From: Eledone cirrhosa
Taxonomy: Eukaryota
Assembly: GCA_964016885.1 (NCBI GenBank)
Contig: OZ024745.1
Location: 114,080,001-114,144,000, forward strand
DNA length: 64,000 nt
Direction of reading: 5' to 3'
Shown here: positions 44,392 through 59,019 of the stretch, one piece after another
Layout of the letters: each line of letters opens with the position of its first letter
Numbering within the stretch: position 1 is the first letter of the stretch
Notes under the pieces: model-generated
The model's database searches: none
What the model was told of the DNA's origin: nothing
Seen by the model: the letters and a program-made list of their open reading frames with translations, nothing else
Translations under genes and position numbers: made by a program

Positions 44392-46065
44392 GGGGGGGGA
44401 TATTTGTGTGTACATGTGTGTGTGTGGGGGGGGGTATTTGTGTGTGCATGTGTGTGTGTTTATGGTTATGTGTATTTATATATATATATATACATATATA
44501 TGTATGTATATACACACAATCTTGTATTTATATATGTATGTATGTATACATAGATATATTTCAAGAACAGACTGAGGTACACACTATCTTTATGCGCAAT
44601 GTACATGTGGTATATCAATAAGATGTGTCGAACAATATTCAATCACACATAATTACAGGATAGCTGACGACTCGCCAACTAGTATGGTGACATTTTCTTT
44701 TTATTTGAAGAATTAACATCTAACTGTCACCGGCGTCCTCGATGATTAAACCATAGACCAGTGTAATTCACTGAAGTGCTAGCATTTCGTTAGGGAAGTG
44801 GCACCTAATACCTCAATTCTGCAACAAAAGGTCCCACCACAGTCAAACATTTCTGAAAAAGTCCCTACACAATTCACGATTTTCCATTGCTCCTGGCAAC
44901 TGCTGCCTACTGAGGTTTGTATCGTCTGAGAGTTGATCAATGATGTTTCTTCCTCTACCTCGTCTCCCATGAGTTGGTTTCCTCAATTGTAGCTTGTGTA
45001 TAACTTCCTGCTTACTTCAGCAGCAATGTCTTGCAAATTGTAAACGTCATTAAGCATTTGTAGTTGTTATCTTGGGCAGGTTTCCGTATTTACTTTCCTT
45101 TGTAATAAAACTTAAAAGATGTTTTAGTGTTGGCCTAACCTAGAGAACTGAAGTACAAAATGAGGCTACACATCCAATATTATAGTGGCGGATGCTTAAG
45201 CGAGAGATGAGTCATTCACTAAATGATTGAACCCGTTAAGCTAGCAACAAGCAATAAAAGCAAGATTGCCAGAAACCAGAAACAACGTTGGTTTCTATTT
45301 CCCTAATCGTGTCAATACACACTCACATACAAATACACATGTATTCACCCCCTCCACATGAATATCTATATATATATATATATGAAAGAATATCCCACGC
45401 GACTAAGATCCTTATAAAATCAATTCAAAAAAAGGTGATCGAAGTCAACAGAAAAACGGACAAAAGACTGGACAGTCCCTTCTCATCAGTCGACCTCCAG
45501 AGGTCCTTTTGATTTCAGTTCATTAAGGTCGATATCACTAGCTTCAGTACATAGGAGAGTAATAAATCGACACAAGATGATTGATCTTCCGACTATTTAC
45601 AAATGAATTATACATAATTTGCTACAAACCAATGTGCTGTAACTGAAATGGAGAGATGGAAACAAAGCCCAACATATTAGTTGAGAAGAGAAAGTGTGCA
45701 CAGAGGGCGAAGTGGAAAAGAAAGTTTGGATGTCAGTCCTTAATAAAAAGACAGAATGGGTGGAGAGAAAGAAATTGAAAAAGAAAACAGAGAACGCAGG
45801 CGGTGTAACGTATAAAAGATATCAATTTTAAAGTATCTTATAAAATTAATTCAAACAACGGTGGGCAAAGACAAAGGGAAAACGGATGAAACACATGACA
45901 GACTATTCTCATCAGTCGCCCTCCAGAGATCCTTTAGATTTCAGTGCATTAGGTCGATTTTACTAGTTCCAGAGGCACATAGGACTATAACAAATGGACA
46001 CTATATATATGTATGTATATATATATATATACATACATATTTCTATATATGTAGACCAACAAATA

Positions 46066-46129
<64 letters not shown>

Positions 46130-46174
46130 AATATATATATATATACATATATATATATACACACACACACACAA

Positions 46175-46211
<37 letters not shown>

Positions 46212-46243
46212 AATATATATATATATATATACATATATATATA

Positions 46244-46281
<38 letters not shown>

Positions 46282-46308
46282 CATATATATATACACATAA
46301 TAAATATA

Positions 46309-46380
<72 letters not shown>

Positions 46381-46691
46381 GTATATGTTAGTTGTTTACT
46401 TCAGTATGCAGATTGGAGCATTCGACGAAGTACGCAGGTTGGTTTGTTTACTCCGGAATAATGTAAAATAATTAAGTCACATAAGTAAAATTTGGCTTCG
46501 TTCATTATAAATTATAGATATACTGCTATATATATTTTGGTTGTTATTTCTCTGAGGAACTTGAATCATATCATATGATTCCAGTTCCTCAGAGAAATAA
46601 CAACACAACCAGGAGCTGGACGTATCGATGTATTGACGAAGTAAAACACACTTCAACAACATATGTACCTGTCTTTCCCACACCAATTCGG

Positions 46692-46746
46692 ACTGCCTGA
46701 AGAGGTCACAGCCAATGATGGCTGTCACCGAAATATATATAGCAGT
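46692..46746 (+). ncRNA. Type I minimal hammerhead ribozyme, family 1 copy 3, intact core
   Basis: actgc-CTGAAGA-ggtcacagcca-atga-tggctgtcacc-GAAA-tatata-TA-gcagt. Confidence 0.85.
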
Positions 46747-46846
46747 ATATCTATAATTTATAATAAACGAAGCCAAATTTTACATATTTGACTTAATCAT
46801 TTTATATATATATATATATATATATCTATATATATATATATATATA

Positions 46847-47651
46847 CTAGCAGTGTATCCGGGCGTTGCTCGGGTAAGAACATTGGTAATAGCACCTCCA
46901 ATGAGAAACGTTTATTTATGAGTGCCTGTTGAAAATTTACGAAAATATACCGACAGGAAACTTGTTTTATTTGGAGAAAATTAAGAAGTTGAAAGTACAG
47001 TTTAGCTGTCTACGTGCATTGTTCATAGAAATATTGTTGAGCCCCTTCTTTTCATACTCCTCTGTTTTGGCCTTTTGGAGTAAATGTGAAAGCGAAAGTC
47101 ACAGGTTAAGTTGGCAGAAGGTTCCAGTGTCATAGCAGTAAGGCGTAGGCTACTTACCTCAAAAGTTCATTCGCACTCTTTCCACTAAGTTACTCTTTCT
47201 CCCTATCCCTCTCGGTGCAGTCCCTTGCGAATTTCTCGCGTAGGCCTGGTGTAGATTTGCACCCGATCCATCTACCTGATGCACATGTCGGCTTTGTACA
47301 GCTTTTGGAGGAAGGAGTGACCAGCAGTACGTTGTTCGGTATTATTACGAAAAGGTGTAGCAGAGAATCCCGCGTCAACTAAGAGCTCGGGAGGAAACTG
47401 CTTTCCTCGAAGATTCATTCGCCATTGTTCTTGTCAACGCTCCGTTTACTCGGTATTTGTTGGTCTACAGTTAGATGAATGGCGCACAAAAGGTTAATGT
47501 TTATTGGCAAGAAGTTTTTTGAATAATAAAAGACGGGTTAAAGCGACCTACAATGTATCTGTGTATATATATATATATATACACAGATACATATATATAT
47601 ATATGTGTGTGTGTTTGTATGCATATATATATGTGTGTGTGTCTATGTATG

Positions 47652-47693
<42 letters not shown>

Positions 47694-48165
47694 AATATAT
47701 ACATATATTTTTTTTATGTGTATATTTATATATATGTATATGTGTATATATATAAATGTGTATATGCGTGTGTATATGTATATATATATATATATATTTG
47801 TATATGTGTATATATGTGTGTGTATATGTATATATGTGTATATATATATATGTATATATAAGTATATATGTATATGTGTGTGTGTGTGTGTGTGAATGTA
47901 GCGAAGATAATACGTCAGCAATGTCGTGTTCGTCAGAATGTCGTAATGCAGACAGTCAGACATACAGACAGATATTATAAGGGTTCGAAGGAGATCGATA
48001 ACCGGCGCCTAACAGCCCTTTAACAACAGAAAATTAAAAAATAAAAGCTGCAGTTAATATCTTTAGACCGCAAGGAATATATAAATGCAAGTTTGAAGTT
48101 AATCGGAGTAGAAATGTGGATTAGTATAGACTTTGCAAAAATTAGGATACAGACAGACAACTACA

Positions 48166-48205
<40 letters not shown>
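46847..48205 (-). mobile_element. Non-autonomous Helitron-like element
   Basis: CTAG terminus 46847-46850 with GC hairpin ccgggc-gtt-gctcgg at 46859-46873; other end reads TCTATA..aaactgtagttgtctgtctg..ccgatt..ttcaaacttg on minus. Confidence 0.6.
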
Positions 48206-48239
<34 letters not shown>

Positions 48240-49782
48240 AGAGAGAGAAAGACAGAAAGCATGAGGGACTATATCAGCTGCTTAGGCTACACCCTTTACT
48301 TTAGCTTCTATCTGAAACATAAAGTCGGCGCATATGTAGATTCTATTTTTCCTGGCACCTTCATCAACTGGGTAGAAGTAGCAACATTTTTTCAAGAATA
48401 TTTTCTTCCTCTACTGTTCTCCGAATTCCTTGTACAAGTAAAGATTCTTCGACAATATCCCTTTACAGAGAACACTTAACACATTTTAACCGTGAGAGAA
48501 GAAATCATTCCCAATGGAGTCAATGCTCACAATGTGGTTTGACTCCCACGCTCATGTCACACAGAAACAGAAGTTTTGCAATTCTGAATTCGCTTCACAA
48601 ATCAGTTTTAACCCCCTAAACGTACTCCTCAACAATGCACAAACTCACCAAACACCATTCATCACTTTTCATCCTCATCCTCCTTTGACACTTACCAGAT
48701 CATACCTATCTCAGCATCTACTAGATCATCTCACCACTGGCTTATTCTGACTACCCTTTAAAAATCTATATAGTAAACAACACTGCAGGCTCATGGATCC
48801 TGGGATATTGTAGGTTAGCTGATTGTTGACGTTCCTCCAGTTCTGTACTAGCTATCCCTGGCTGAAAATATAGATCACTTCTGACATGAGCAAATGACTG
48901 AAAAGATCTTCTTAACATGTCCCTTTCCACCCCACATACATCAGAAGTTTAAAATCTAATTCTCTCAAGTGGTTCACAAATAGCTGCACTACAACAATTC
49001 TCGCCGAAAGTACAGTTTACAACGTTTGGAGAAAATGACTCACCCCCAAAAATGTTGATAGTTCTTACACAGTACCGTAACTTCTGCAAGACAGCCATCA
49101 CGAACCACGAAGTATACATTTTGTTCAACTGATCTCAGGCTCTTTCGGCTTCTGATCTGCAGCCTGGCCTTTTGGTTTCTTACTGAAAAGATCTCTATCA
49201 AATGGGGTGTGGAATCCTCTTTTTCTCTATGAATTCTGTGAGTAGTATATTCGCAGAGAAAGCCTCCACACTCGTTGCATGCTTTGCATTCAACTTTACA
49301 CTGCATAAGTTAAACAACACCCAACACTATTCAACGATAAACGTTACATACGGATATACCTTCAGTCGCTAAACATTTCTCTTCCCTTACTCTGAACAAA
49401 GCACATCGAATTCCTTTTTCTCTCTCCAGGGATATTTTCTGATCTTTGGGAACAGACAACATTGTGCCTCATTCCCCCAAAATTACCACGTGTCTCTCTC
49501 ACGCCGTAAGCTAACCACGCGCTTGGGTATCATGTCCCCGTGAATACACACACATACACAGACACATTCGCAGCCGAAATGGCGTGAGCTCAGCCGTCAG
49601 GCTCTAACTCTTTACCATACATATATTTTAATTTACCGAATATTGAGTACTTAACTGAACATGGTCTTACCTGCTAACTCCCAATCTCTCTCTATATATA
49701 TACATACACACATACATACATACATACATACATACATACATACATACATACATACATACATACATACATACATACACACACA

Positions 49783-49847
<65 letters not shown>

Positions 49848-49850
<3 letters not shown>

Positions 49851-50232
49851 TCTGAGACTTGGACACTGACCAAGAAACTCACTCAGATGGTGGATGGGTG
49901 CTACACGAGAATGCTGGGGATGGCTCTGAACATTAATCAGTACACACTGAGGATGAAGAACTCAGAGCTGTACGGGAACCTCCAAAATGTCAGCTCGAGA
50001 ATAGCAGAGAAAACTGAGGTTAGCAGGACAAGCTCACCAACATCCAGAGTTAACACTGATGTGAGAGCCCCTGTACGGCCACCCTGGAAGAGGGAGACCG
50101 AGATTGACATATGTCGATGCCCTAAGGACAGACACTGGCCTCTTGGAGACGCAGGTCATGGCAGCGATGATGAGGTACAGAGACCGCTGGAGAGAACTCG
50201 TCCAGGAATCTCGGGAATTTTACCCGCCCTAG
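49848..50232 (+). mobile_element. 5'-truncated RTE-type LINE 3' end, copy 2
   Basis: [28 protein letters not shown]; same terminus as 9480-9762; TA flanks. Confidence 0.8.
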
Positions 50233-50243
50233 ATATATATGTG

Positions 50244-50310
<67 letters not shown>

Positions 50311-50552
50311 GTGTGTGAACATATATGGTAGGTAAATGTGTATCTATCATTACAGATGGTCCCCCGGTTAAAGCACTTAATGCTGTTAGGAGGGTCCGTC
50401 TCGTGAGCTGTTGATATTCCTGTGTAGTCCAAGGCTTGTAACGTGCAGAGTGCAAATGTAAGTAAGCAGGAACGAAGTCAAGGTTGCACTATAAATAAGT
50501 GTTATTATCATATGACAATCGTTTCGATATTGATCAGCTCAGAGTGTAATCA

Positions 50553-50690
50553 TAATTGTTTCTACTTTTGGCACAAGGCCAGCAATCAACCAGTGTATTA
50601 CTGGTACTTTATTTTATCGACCCCGTAAGGATGAAAGGCAAAGTTAACCTCGACGGGATTTGAACTCAGATCGTAAAGGGACGTAACTAT
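50553..50690 (-). mobile_element. Deu/Nin-like SINE, truncated
   Basis: Reverse complement of the family core and tail. Confidence 0.8.
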
Positions 50691-50913
50691 AGACATAATA
50701 TCATATATATATATATATATTTATATAAACAAGTAAATAGGAAAGAAGTCAAGGAGTATCATAAATAAACTTTATTACCATGAGAAAATTGTTTCTATAT
50801 CGATCAGCTCAGGGATCCCTTGAACTCTTTCAACAGGTTGAGTGCGCCTAGGAACTCGCAGATCTGATGAGATGACGATGCAGATCTGATGAGATGTCAT
50901 TATGATTTACACA

Positions 50914-51096
50914 GGGGGCGGTGAATTGGCAGTATCGGTAGAGGGTCGGGCGCCATGCTTTGCAGCACAGTTACGTCCCTTTACGGACTGAGTTCAAATC
51001 CCGCCGAGGTTATCTTTGCCTTATGGGGTCGATAAAATAAAGTACCAGTAATACACTGGGATAATTGCTGGCCTTGTGCCAAAAGTAGAAACAATT
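50914..51096 (+). mobile_element. Full-length Deu/Nin-like SINE with 15-bp target-site duplication
   Basis: attatgatttacaca at 50899-50913 and 51094-51108. Confidence 0.88.
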
Positions 51097-51684
51097 ATGA
51101 TTTACACACACTTCTCGCTATATAGTTATATATGTAAAAAAGCAAAGACCACATCTCAAGAACTTTCCATTCAGAGTAAAAAGTATTTCATCCCCCCCTG
51201 AATTTCTAACGTTCTATAAAGCTGAAGTGACAACCACTACAGTGTACTGCTCTCCTATCAACGACAGCACTGATGCTACGCAATACAAACACCAGATCTA
51301 AAGAATATCTGCATGACTGATTATTATCAAAAGCACTACCACCTCTGTTGCTGATGCTTCTTTCTGCCTTAGTACAGATACAACAACGGAATCAACTATC
51401 CGAAGCGGCCACTTACAAATAATTGGTTCCAACACTTCTCGGGACTTACACAGTGTTCAAATCTCCAGATCATGCACCATCCCCTTCATCCATACTCCTG
51501 AATTTACATTACAACATTAATGACATCAATCTCAGGATTTTGGAGGGCCGGCCATTTCTGCAGATCAGACAAATAACAAGAACCACATACTACACGTTCA
51601 TGTGTATGTGTGTACATACATATATACGTGTATATATATATGAATATGTGTATATGCATATAGATACAAGTATATATATATATA

Positions 51685-51760
<76 letters not shown>

Positions 51761-51790
51761 ATAAATGAAACAAAACAGAGGAAGGAAATT

Positions 51791-51835
<45 letters not shown>

Positions 51836-52339
51836 TACGCAAATACACACACACACACACATATATATATATTTATATGCATATAAGTACATATATATAG
51901 AGAGAGAGATACATATATATACATACTTGCAGCATACATACATACATACATACATACATACATACATACATACATACATACATACATACATACATACATA
52001 CATACATACATACATACATACATACATACATACATACATACATACATACATACATAGAAAATCATATAATATTATTTTTATTTTCTATTTACTTCTTAAA
52101 TCATCTTGTCTATTACTCAAACATCATTAAAACTGAATTCATTTAAATCTCACGGAAATACTAAATTTAGGAGAATTTATTTCTTGCATTTGTTTTTGTG
52201 AATATTTCTCCATTATTATTTTTCAGTTAAATCTATCTAAACCCGTGTTCTTTTGTATGTGTTATAGATAATTTATTGTTGATATAACTATAAATTGGTT
52301 AAACATACGGGGAAAGAAAGCAGTTTTGGAAAGGAGACT

Positions 52340-53400
52340 ATAAATGCCATAAGTGAGGGAGAAAGGGAAGGGAAGAGCAAGGACTACTAGTCAAAGCAAG
52401 AAAAAAGGGGGAAGGGGAGAGAGTGACAGACTCTACACCTAGGTCATAGTGTTTTGGCTGTGCCCTGCGGATAAAATGGCAAAGGATTTTCCGCGGACAA
52501 TCTCTAGCGACAACCGCTGCAACAGCCACCCTACCTCTACGAAGCTCCTTCATCAGACGGGCTGCTGTCAATCCGATTTTACAGAGAAGGTCAGCTGTCC
52601 ATTGCAAAGATGAAGCGGCCGAACAAGCTCTGGTATTTGCTTGTCTTCCTATCCTCTGCATTGCGAGCTGCTGTATAGTGATGTGTGGCCGAGGCGATTC
52701 AGTTGGAGGCAGACAACGTGCCACAGCATGTCACGTCCAAGATGAGGGATTTACCCCCCTGATCTTCCCTCGAAAGGGAAGAGGGTAATTCCATCGTAGC
52801 GCCTGACGTCATTTCTGTCGAGGCCTACTGGATGAAATTGTGACGGGTAGCCGGCTGAGTGAAGGCACCTTTTGATTATGTCGTTGAGAGTAGCATGTCA
52901 GGAGAACCGACCTACGCTCTGGTGGCATGATAATGGGTTCAGGCTGAACTCATCGACGGAAGCGGAACAACTCACTATATGGGTCACACATGCGGAGACC
53001 GAGGCGTGGAACCACTCCGATGCTAGTGGACGCACCATCAAGAAGTATGTCGGTTGATGAGGAGGGCACAGTATTCAGCCAGGCGCCGCTGTATGGCTGC
53101 ACAGGGGAACAGTGGCAAACGAGGTGGTGAGGTCCAAGCCAGACTCGATCTGCCTGAAGTTAGACACGCAGTTGATGTAGTGCCAGTTACGTTGCACATT
53201 GGTATACTGGGGAAGGGAAAAACGTTCGCTGATCCAGTCGGCCAGAGCCAGCTCCAGTTCTTGGGTCACGTCAGGTTCAGCCATCTTGCTGAGGACATCG
53301 CTGATGAGGGTGTGACTGGGGGGGGGGGTTGTGGAGGGGTAGGCCAGCCGTGACAGATGCAGGCCGACGTCACAGGGAGCCTCGCCTGTTGCCAGCCGTT
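52340..53400 (-). pseudogene. CRE-clade non-LTR retrotransposon relic (RLE domain)
   Basis: [63 protein letters not shown]; 53250-53370 recurs at 57093-57230. Confidence 0.75.
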
Positions 53401-53580
53401 TCTTTCAAAAGTGAAGTTACAGTCGAATTCCTCTCAACGAAAGCAAGAATTTAGGAGGGGCAAAAATTCCCCTGAGGACGGAAATAATACTAATTCCGTA
53501 ATTAGGGGTATATTTACCCGACTTCGATGCTGTTATTATTAGCCACATTTCTAACGTTTGAGTTTCCGATGTTTCCATGT

Positions 53581-53663
<83 letters not shown>

Positions 53664-53877
53664 ATGCGTGTGGAGTGTATATTTATATATTCATATATAT
53701 ATTAACATACGTACATATATATATATATGTGTGTGTATATACATATACTATACATACATTCATGCATACATCGCTATTTCGGAGCACCAATCCTAATACC
53801 TAATTTTTGCTGGACCGGCAATCGCTCTGTATAATCAACTCCTGATTCTGATTATTACCAAATATACTATACATACA

Positions 53878-53949
<72 letters not shown>

Positions 53950-54012
53950 TGTAATAAACAACATAAAGCAATTATTCCATTTACCAGTGGTTTCTTAAAA
54001 GCAAAAAGTTTT

Positions 54013-54072
54013 TTTCATTCTGAGGATTGAAAGCAAAATGTTTTGCTTTTAAGAAACCACTGGTAAATGGAA
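54013..54072 (+). ncRNA. Complete type I hammerhead in a fold-back element (53944-54170)
   Basis: Stem I tttcatt/aatggaa, CTGAGGA 54020-54026, ~11-bp stem II, GAAA 54053-54056, ccactgg, GUA 54063-54065. Confidence 0.8.
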
Positions 54073-54165
54073 TAATTGCCTTATGTGGTTTATTACATAA
54101 CTATTAAGCTCTGTTACCTACATAGAGCACTCTTTTTTCCTGGACTTTTCCGACGGAATTACTTC

Positions 54166-54217
<52 letters not shown>

Positions 54218-54219
<2 letters not shown>

Positions 54220-54425
54220 AGGGAGTGTAACTTGGAGTTACTGTAGGTTCATCCGGGTGAGCACTCGATGTTTAGGTTCACTTCGGTGTCGAGGTGTAGA
54301 GCTAGACAGAGTGTATTATAGTGAAAAGATAACATGGACGATTGGTTACTCCTGCATTACATTTATTGGTTGGTAAATAAATGTAATGAAGACGTAACCA
54401 ATCGTCCTTGTTATCTTTTCACTAT
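54218..54425 (-). mobile_element. TA-inserted fold-back element
   Basis: ~50-bp inverted arms 54317-54368 and 54376-54425; possible decayed half-hammerhead GTAA-ccaatc-GTC. Confidence 0.55.
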
Positions 54426-54650
54426 ATATATATATATATAGGAACGAGTAGGACCCCGACGGCTGAGCTCAAGCCGTTTCGACGGCTAATTCTTTCTACA
54501 CACACTTTTTTTTAGTCCAGAATTAGCCGTCGAAACGGCTTGAGCTCAGCCGTCGGGGTGCTACTCGTTCCTATTACCCACTCTACTACCCTAAGTATTG
54601 AGTACTTTGGTGCATTATGGTCCACCGGGTTCCTTACCACATTTCCTTCG

Positions 54651-54773
<123 letters not shown>

Positions 54774-54827
54774 AATCTACCAAAATAAACGGTAGTGTCC
54801 AATCCGTATGAAGAGCTCAATGTAATA

Positions 54828-54959
54828 ATTATTTCTGAAGACAGCATATATATGTGAAGGTATGTATATTTCCTCTGATAGTTTGTAAAATTTTTACATA
54901 GATATATATGATAAACATACCAACACACATATATATCCTAGAAACGATCGTAAAATGAT
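54828..54959 (+). ncRNA. Type I hammerhead with 99-nt microsatellite-like stem II
   Basis: attattt-CTGAAGA (54835-54841)...GAAA (54941-54944)-cgatcg-TA-aaatgat. Confidence 0.7.
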
Positions 54960-55073
54960 GATTTTTTTAATATAAGGAACTCGTTCTTTGTTTTTATTCA
55001 TTGTTTTTATTAATTTATATATATATATATATATATTTACATATATATATTTACATACATATATATATGTATG

Positions 55074-55133
<60 letters not shown>

Positions 55134-55201
55134 TATATATAGATATATATATAGGAACCAGTAAGACCCCGACAGCTGAGCTCAAGCCGTTTCGACGGCT
55201 A

Positions 55202-55244
<43 letters not shown>

Positions 55245-55636
55245 ATTAAATATATATATATATATATATATTTCTCCATCTTCAATTAAATATGCCCCTT
55301 TAAGCTTAGTTATATGGAGTCAGTCAATAAATTCCATTCAATATATTTCATAGAATGACTGCGTATTTTGGCGATAAATTTGCTGATTTTATATATTTCC
55401 CTTGAACGACATTTTGATAGACGGGGAATAATATTGTTTGATATTATCAAATATCTAGCTATTTACTTCACCATACAACGTTGAATTATCATTCATATCC
55501 AGAATAAAATGTGTTCCATTGGTGTCGGATATTGACCTTTAAAAGATCTTCACCGGTGGCTTTAATTATAATTTTTTCTTTCTATATATGTATGTAAAAG
55601 AATGATAGTATGTCTATATGGAAGAATAAAGTCCAT

Positions 55637-55712
<76 letters not shown>

Positions 55713-55730
55713 TATAAATATACACACACA

Positions 55731-55778
<48 letters not shown>

Positions 55779-55786
55779 CACACACA

Positions 55787-55910
<124 letters not shown>

Positions 55911-55920
55911 AGTGTGTGTG

Positions 55921-55990
<70 letters not shown>

Positions 55991-56008
55991 TATAAATACA
56001 CACACACA

Positions 56009-56046
<38 letters not shown>

Positions 56047-56054
56047 CACACACA

Positions 56055-56100
<46 letters not shown>

Positions 56101-56118
56101 TGTGTGTGTGTATTTATA

Positions 56119-56158
<40 letters not shown>

Positions 56159-56198
56159 ATGGACTTTATTCTTCCATATAGACATACTATCATTCTTT

Positions 56199-56264
<66 letters not shown>

Positions 56265-56294
56265 TAGATGTATATACCTATATATACACATATT

Positions 56295-56340
<46 letters not shown>

Positions 56341-56711
56341 CGTCCCATGGTCTGAGTGCTCTACCACTACGGATATTACCTTCTCGTGTTCTACCACTAT
56401 ATATATATATGTATATATATATATATACACATAAATACATATACATGTATATATGTATAAATATATATATGTATATATATTTATACATATATATATTTAT
56501 GCATAGATATACGTATATATATATATACATATAAATATGTATATATATATATATGTATATATATCTATATATATGTATACATACATACATATATATGTAT
56601 TTATACATACATATATTTGCATATATATATATATATGAATACATATATGTATATATATACATATATATACATATATATACATACACACACACACTCACAT
56701 ATATTTACATT

Positions 56712-56759
<48 letters not shown>

Positions 56760-57584
56760 TGCACATACAAATATATATACATATACATACATATACATAC
56801 ACTATGAGAGGAGTATCACATCTATAACCTTGTATTATAGTTAGTCTTTCATTGAAAAGGGGAGCTAATTCTATTTGAAAAATGAGTTAATTTACATGCT
56901 TAGTGAAAGAACAGTCAGATTTTATTTATTAAGGGGCAACTATGGTTATATGTTTCAGTGCATTTTATATCATCATCATAATCGATTTCTAATTGAAAGA
57001 ATTTCCTGTTATTAAAATAACTTTTATAAGATACAGATAATTCTGAGTTCAGCTTTTTTTTTTAACATATCAAATATTATATGAAACTTAACTCCAGTTC
57101 TTTGGTCACGTCAGTCAGGTTCAGCCATCTTACGGAGGGCATCGCTGATGAGGGTGTGACTGGGGGAGATTGTGGAGAGGTAAGCCAGCTGTGACAAATG
57201 CAGGCTGAGGGTTGCTCATTTCCTCTAGCTGTATGCAGTTATGCATATATATCTCACAGACACTGATGTATGATGCGGCAACACTGGGCAGTTTATGAGT
57301 ACTTACAAAGTTACATGTGGTAGATTGGCGTGATGTATTGTGGGAGATATGTCTCTTAACAGTTCTATGTCATAAGAACAAGTAACAATACCAACACTAC
57401 ACATTCATACACACACACACCATACATGTCAGTCATTCATATATATATATGTGGGTAGATAAATCTACCAAAATATACGGTAGTGTCCAATCCGTATGAA
57501 GAACTCAATGTAATCCAAATATCATGAAAAGAGAAGATGTATTCAAAATTGTTTCAATGAAAAACACAGGAAAACAGAGTCAAG

Positions 57585-57951
57585 ATAAATTAATAAAAAT
57601 AATGAATAAAAACAAAGAAACAGTTCCTTATATTAAACAATTCATCATTTTTACGATCGTTTCTAGGATATATATGTGTGTGTTGGTATGTATATCATAC
57701 AAACTATCAGAGGGAATATACATACCTACACATATATATGCTGTCTTCAGAAATAATGAATATCATTATTTCTGAAGACAGCATATATATGTGTAGGTAT
57801 GTATATTCCCTCTGATAGTTTGTAAAACTTTTACATAGATCTATATGATATACATACCAACACACATATATATATCCTAGAAACGATCGTAAAATGATGA
57901 ATTTTTTAATATAAGGAACTGTTTCTTTGTTTTTATTCATTATTTTTATTA

Positions 57952-57957
<6 letters not shown>
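57585..57957. mobile_element. Palindrome holding two divergent long-stem-II hammerheads (minus 57642-57759, plus 57763-57900)
   Basis: Centre tcttcagaaataatga-ata-tcattatttctgaaga; both arms keep GAAACGATCGTA. Confidence 0.78.
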
Positions 57958-57985
<28 letters not shown>

Positions 57986-58023
57986 GCCACAATATGTCAA
58001 ACAAGCTACTACACCTTATAATG

Positions 58024-58084
<61 letters not shown>

Positions 58085-58584
58085 GGTAAACAGAAATAAC
58101 AACACAATCGGTACAGTATATGTATATATATATATATATATATTATGGTGTAGTAGTTTGTTTGAAGCATTGTGGAATAACAAAGTGAAAAGTGAGTGTG
58201 TTTAGGATGCCATACAATGCACGGGAGTTATAGAATTGCTCACGGGAAAGATATTGTTGCCTCGGTAACTCTATAATCCGCTTGCATTGTACGGCGTTCT
58301 AAACATACCATCTTTTCACACGTATGGGGAAACGAGTCATTGCTGGATGAAGAAACCCAAAACTGTTTCACTTGTGTATAGAGGAATAATGGACAGAAAT
58401 ACGTGTATGATATTTAATATAGTCGACCCCACCACCAACGTCACAACCACCGCTTGTGTGTGTGTGCTACTCATAGTATTAATTTTTGAAAACAAAAATA
58501 ATATATACAGTACTACTACTACTACTACTACTACTACAACTACTACTATTACTACTACTATAGATAATTATTTTTACATTAGCT

Positions 58585-58785
58585 CAAAACCAGTAATTTG
58601 AAGGAACGAGAGAGTCATAGAGTCGATTAAACTGACTCTAGCACGATATCTGTGTTTTATTTGATCGACCTGTAATGATAAAAGGCGAAGCTAACCTCGG
58701 TGCGATTTGAGCCCAGAACGTAAAAGGCCACAATCATGCGTTGTAAAGCGTGTTGTCCAATGCTGTGATGATATTGCCAACCCAC
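58585..58785 (-). mobile_element. Diverged Deu/Nin-like SINE
   Basis: ttttat..atcgacc..aaaggc.aag.taacctcgg..gatttgagc.cagaacgtaaa. Confidence 0.65.
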
Positions 58786-59019
58786 AATGTTAATAATACT
58801 AATAATTTCTTATATTGGCCACAATACAAGGCTGAATTACAGCACAAAGTGTAAAATTATTCGTTTTCAACAAAAACAAAAGATGTAACAATTAATGTCC
58901 AAAAACAAAATTCCTCAATACGAAAATAAGGCGACCTGGGGTAATTCGGGTCAAAAACCCCACAAAGTCCCGGATTACTCTCTATCACCAAATGTTCTCT
59001 ACCAAGCTTTGTCCCTCCT

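Noticed and set aside
48290-49350. Complex non-repetitive stretch, possible exon or old transposon (also 44740-45110, 51180-51590, 61480-61620)
   Set aside because: No sustained recognisable frame; at most faint LINE-like peptides
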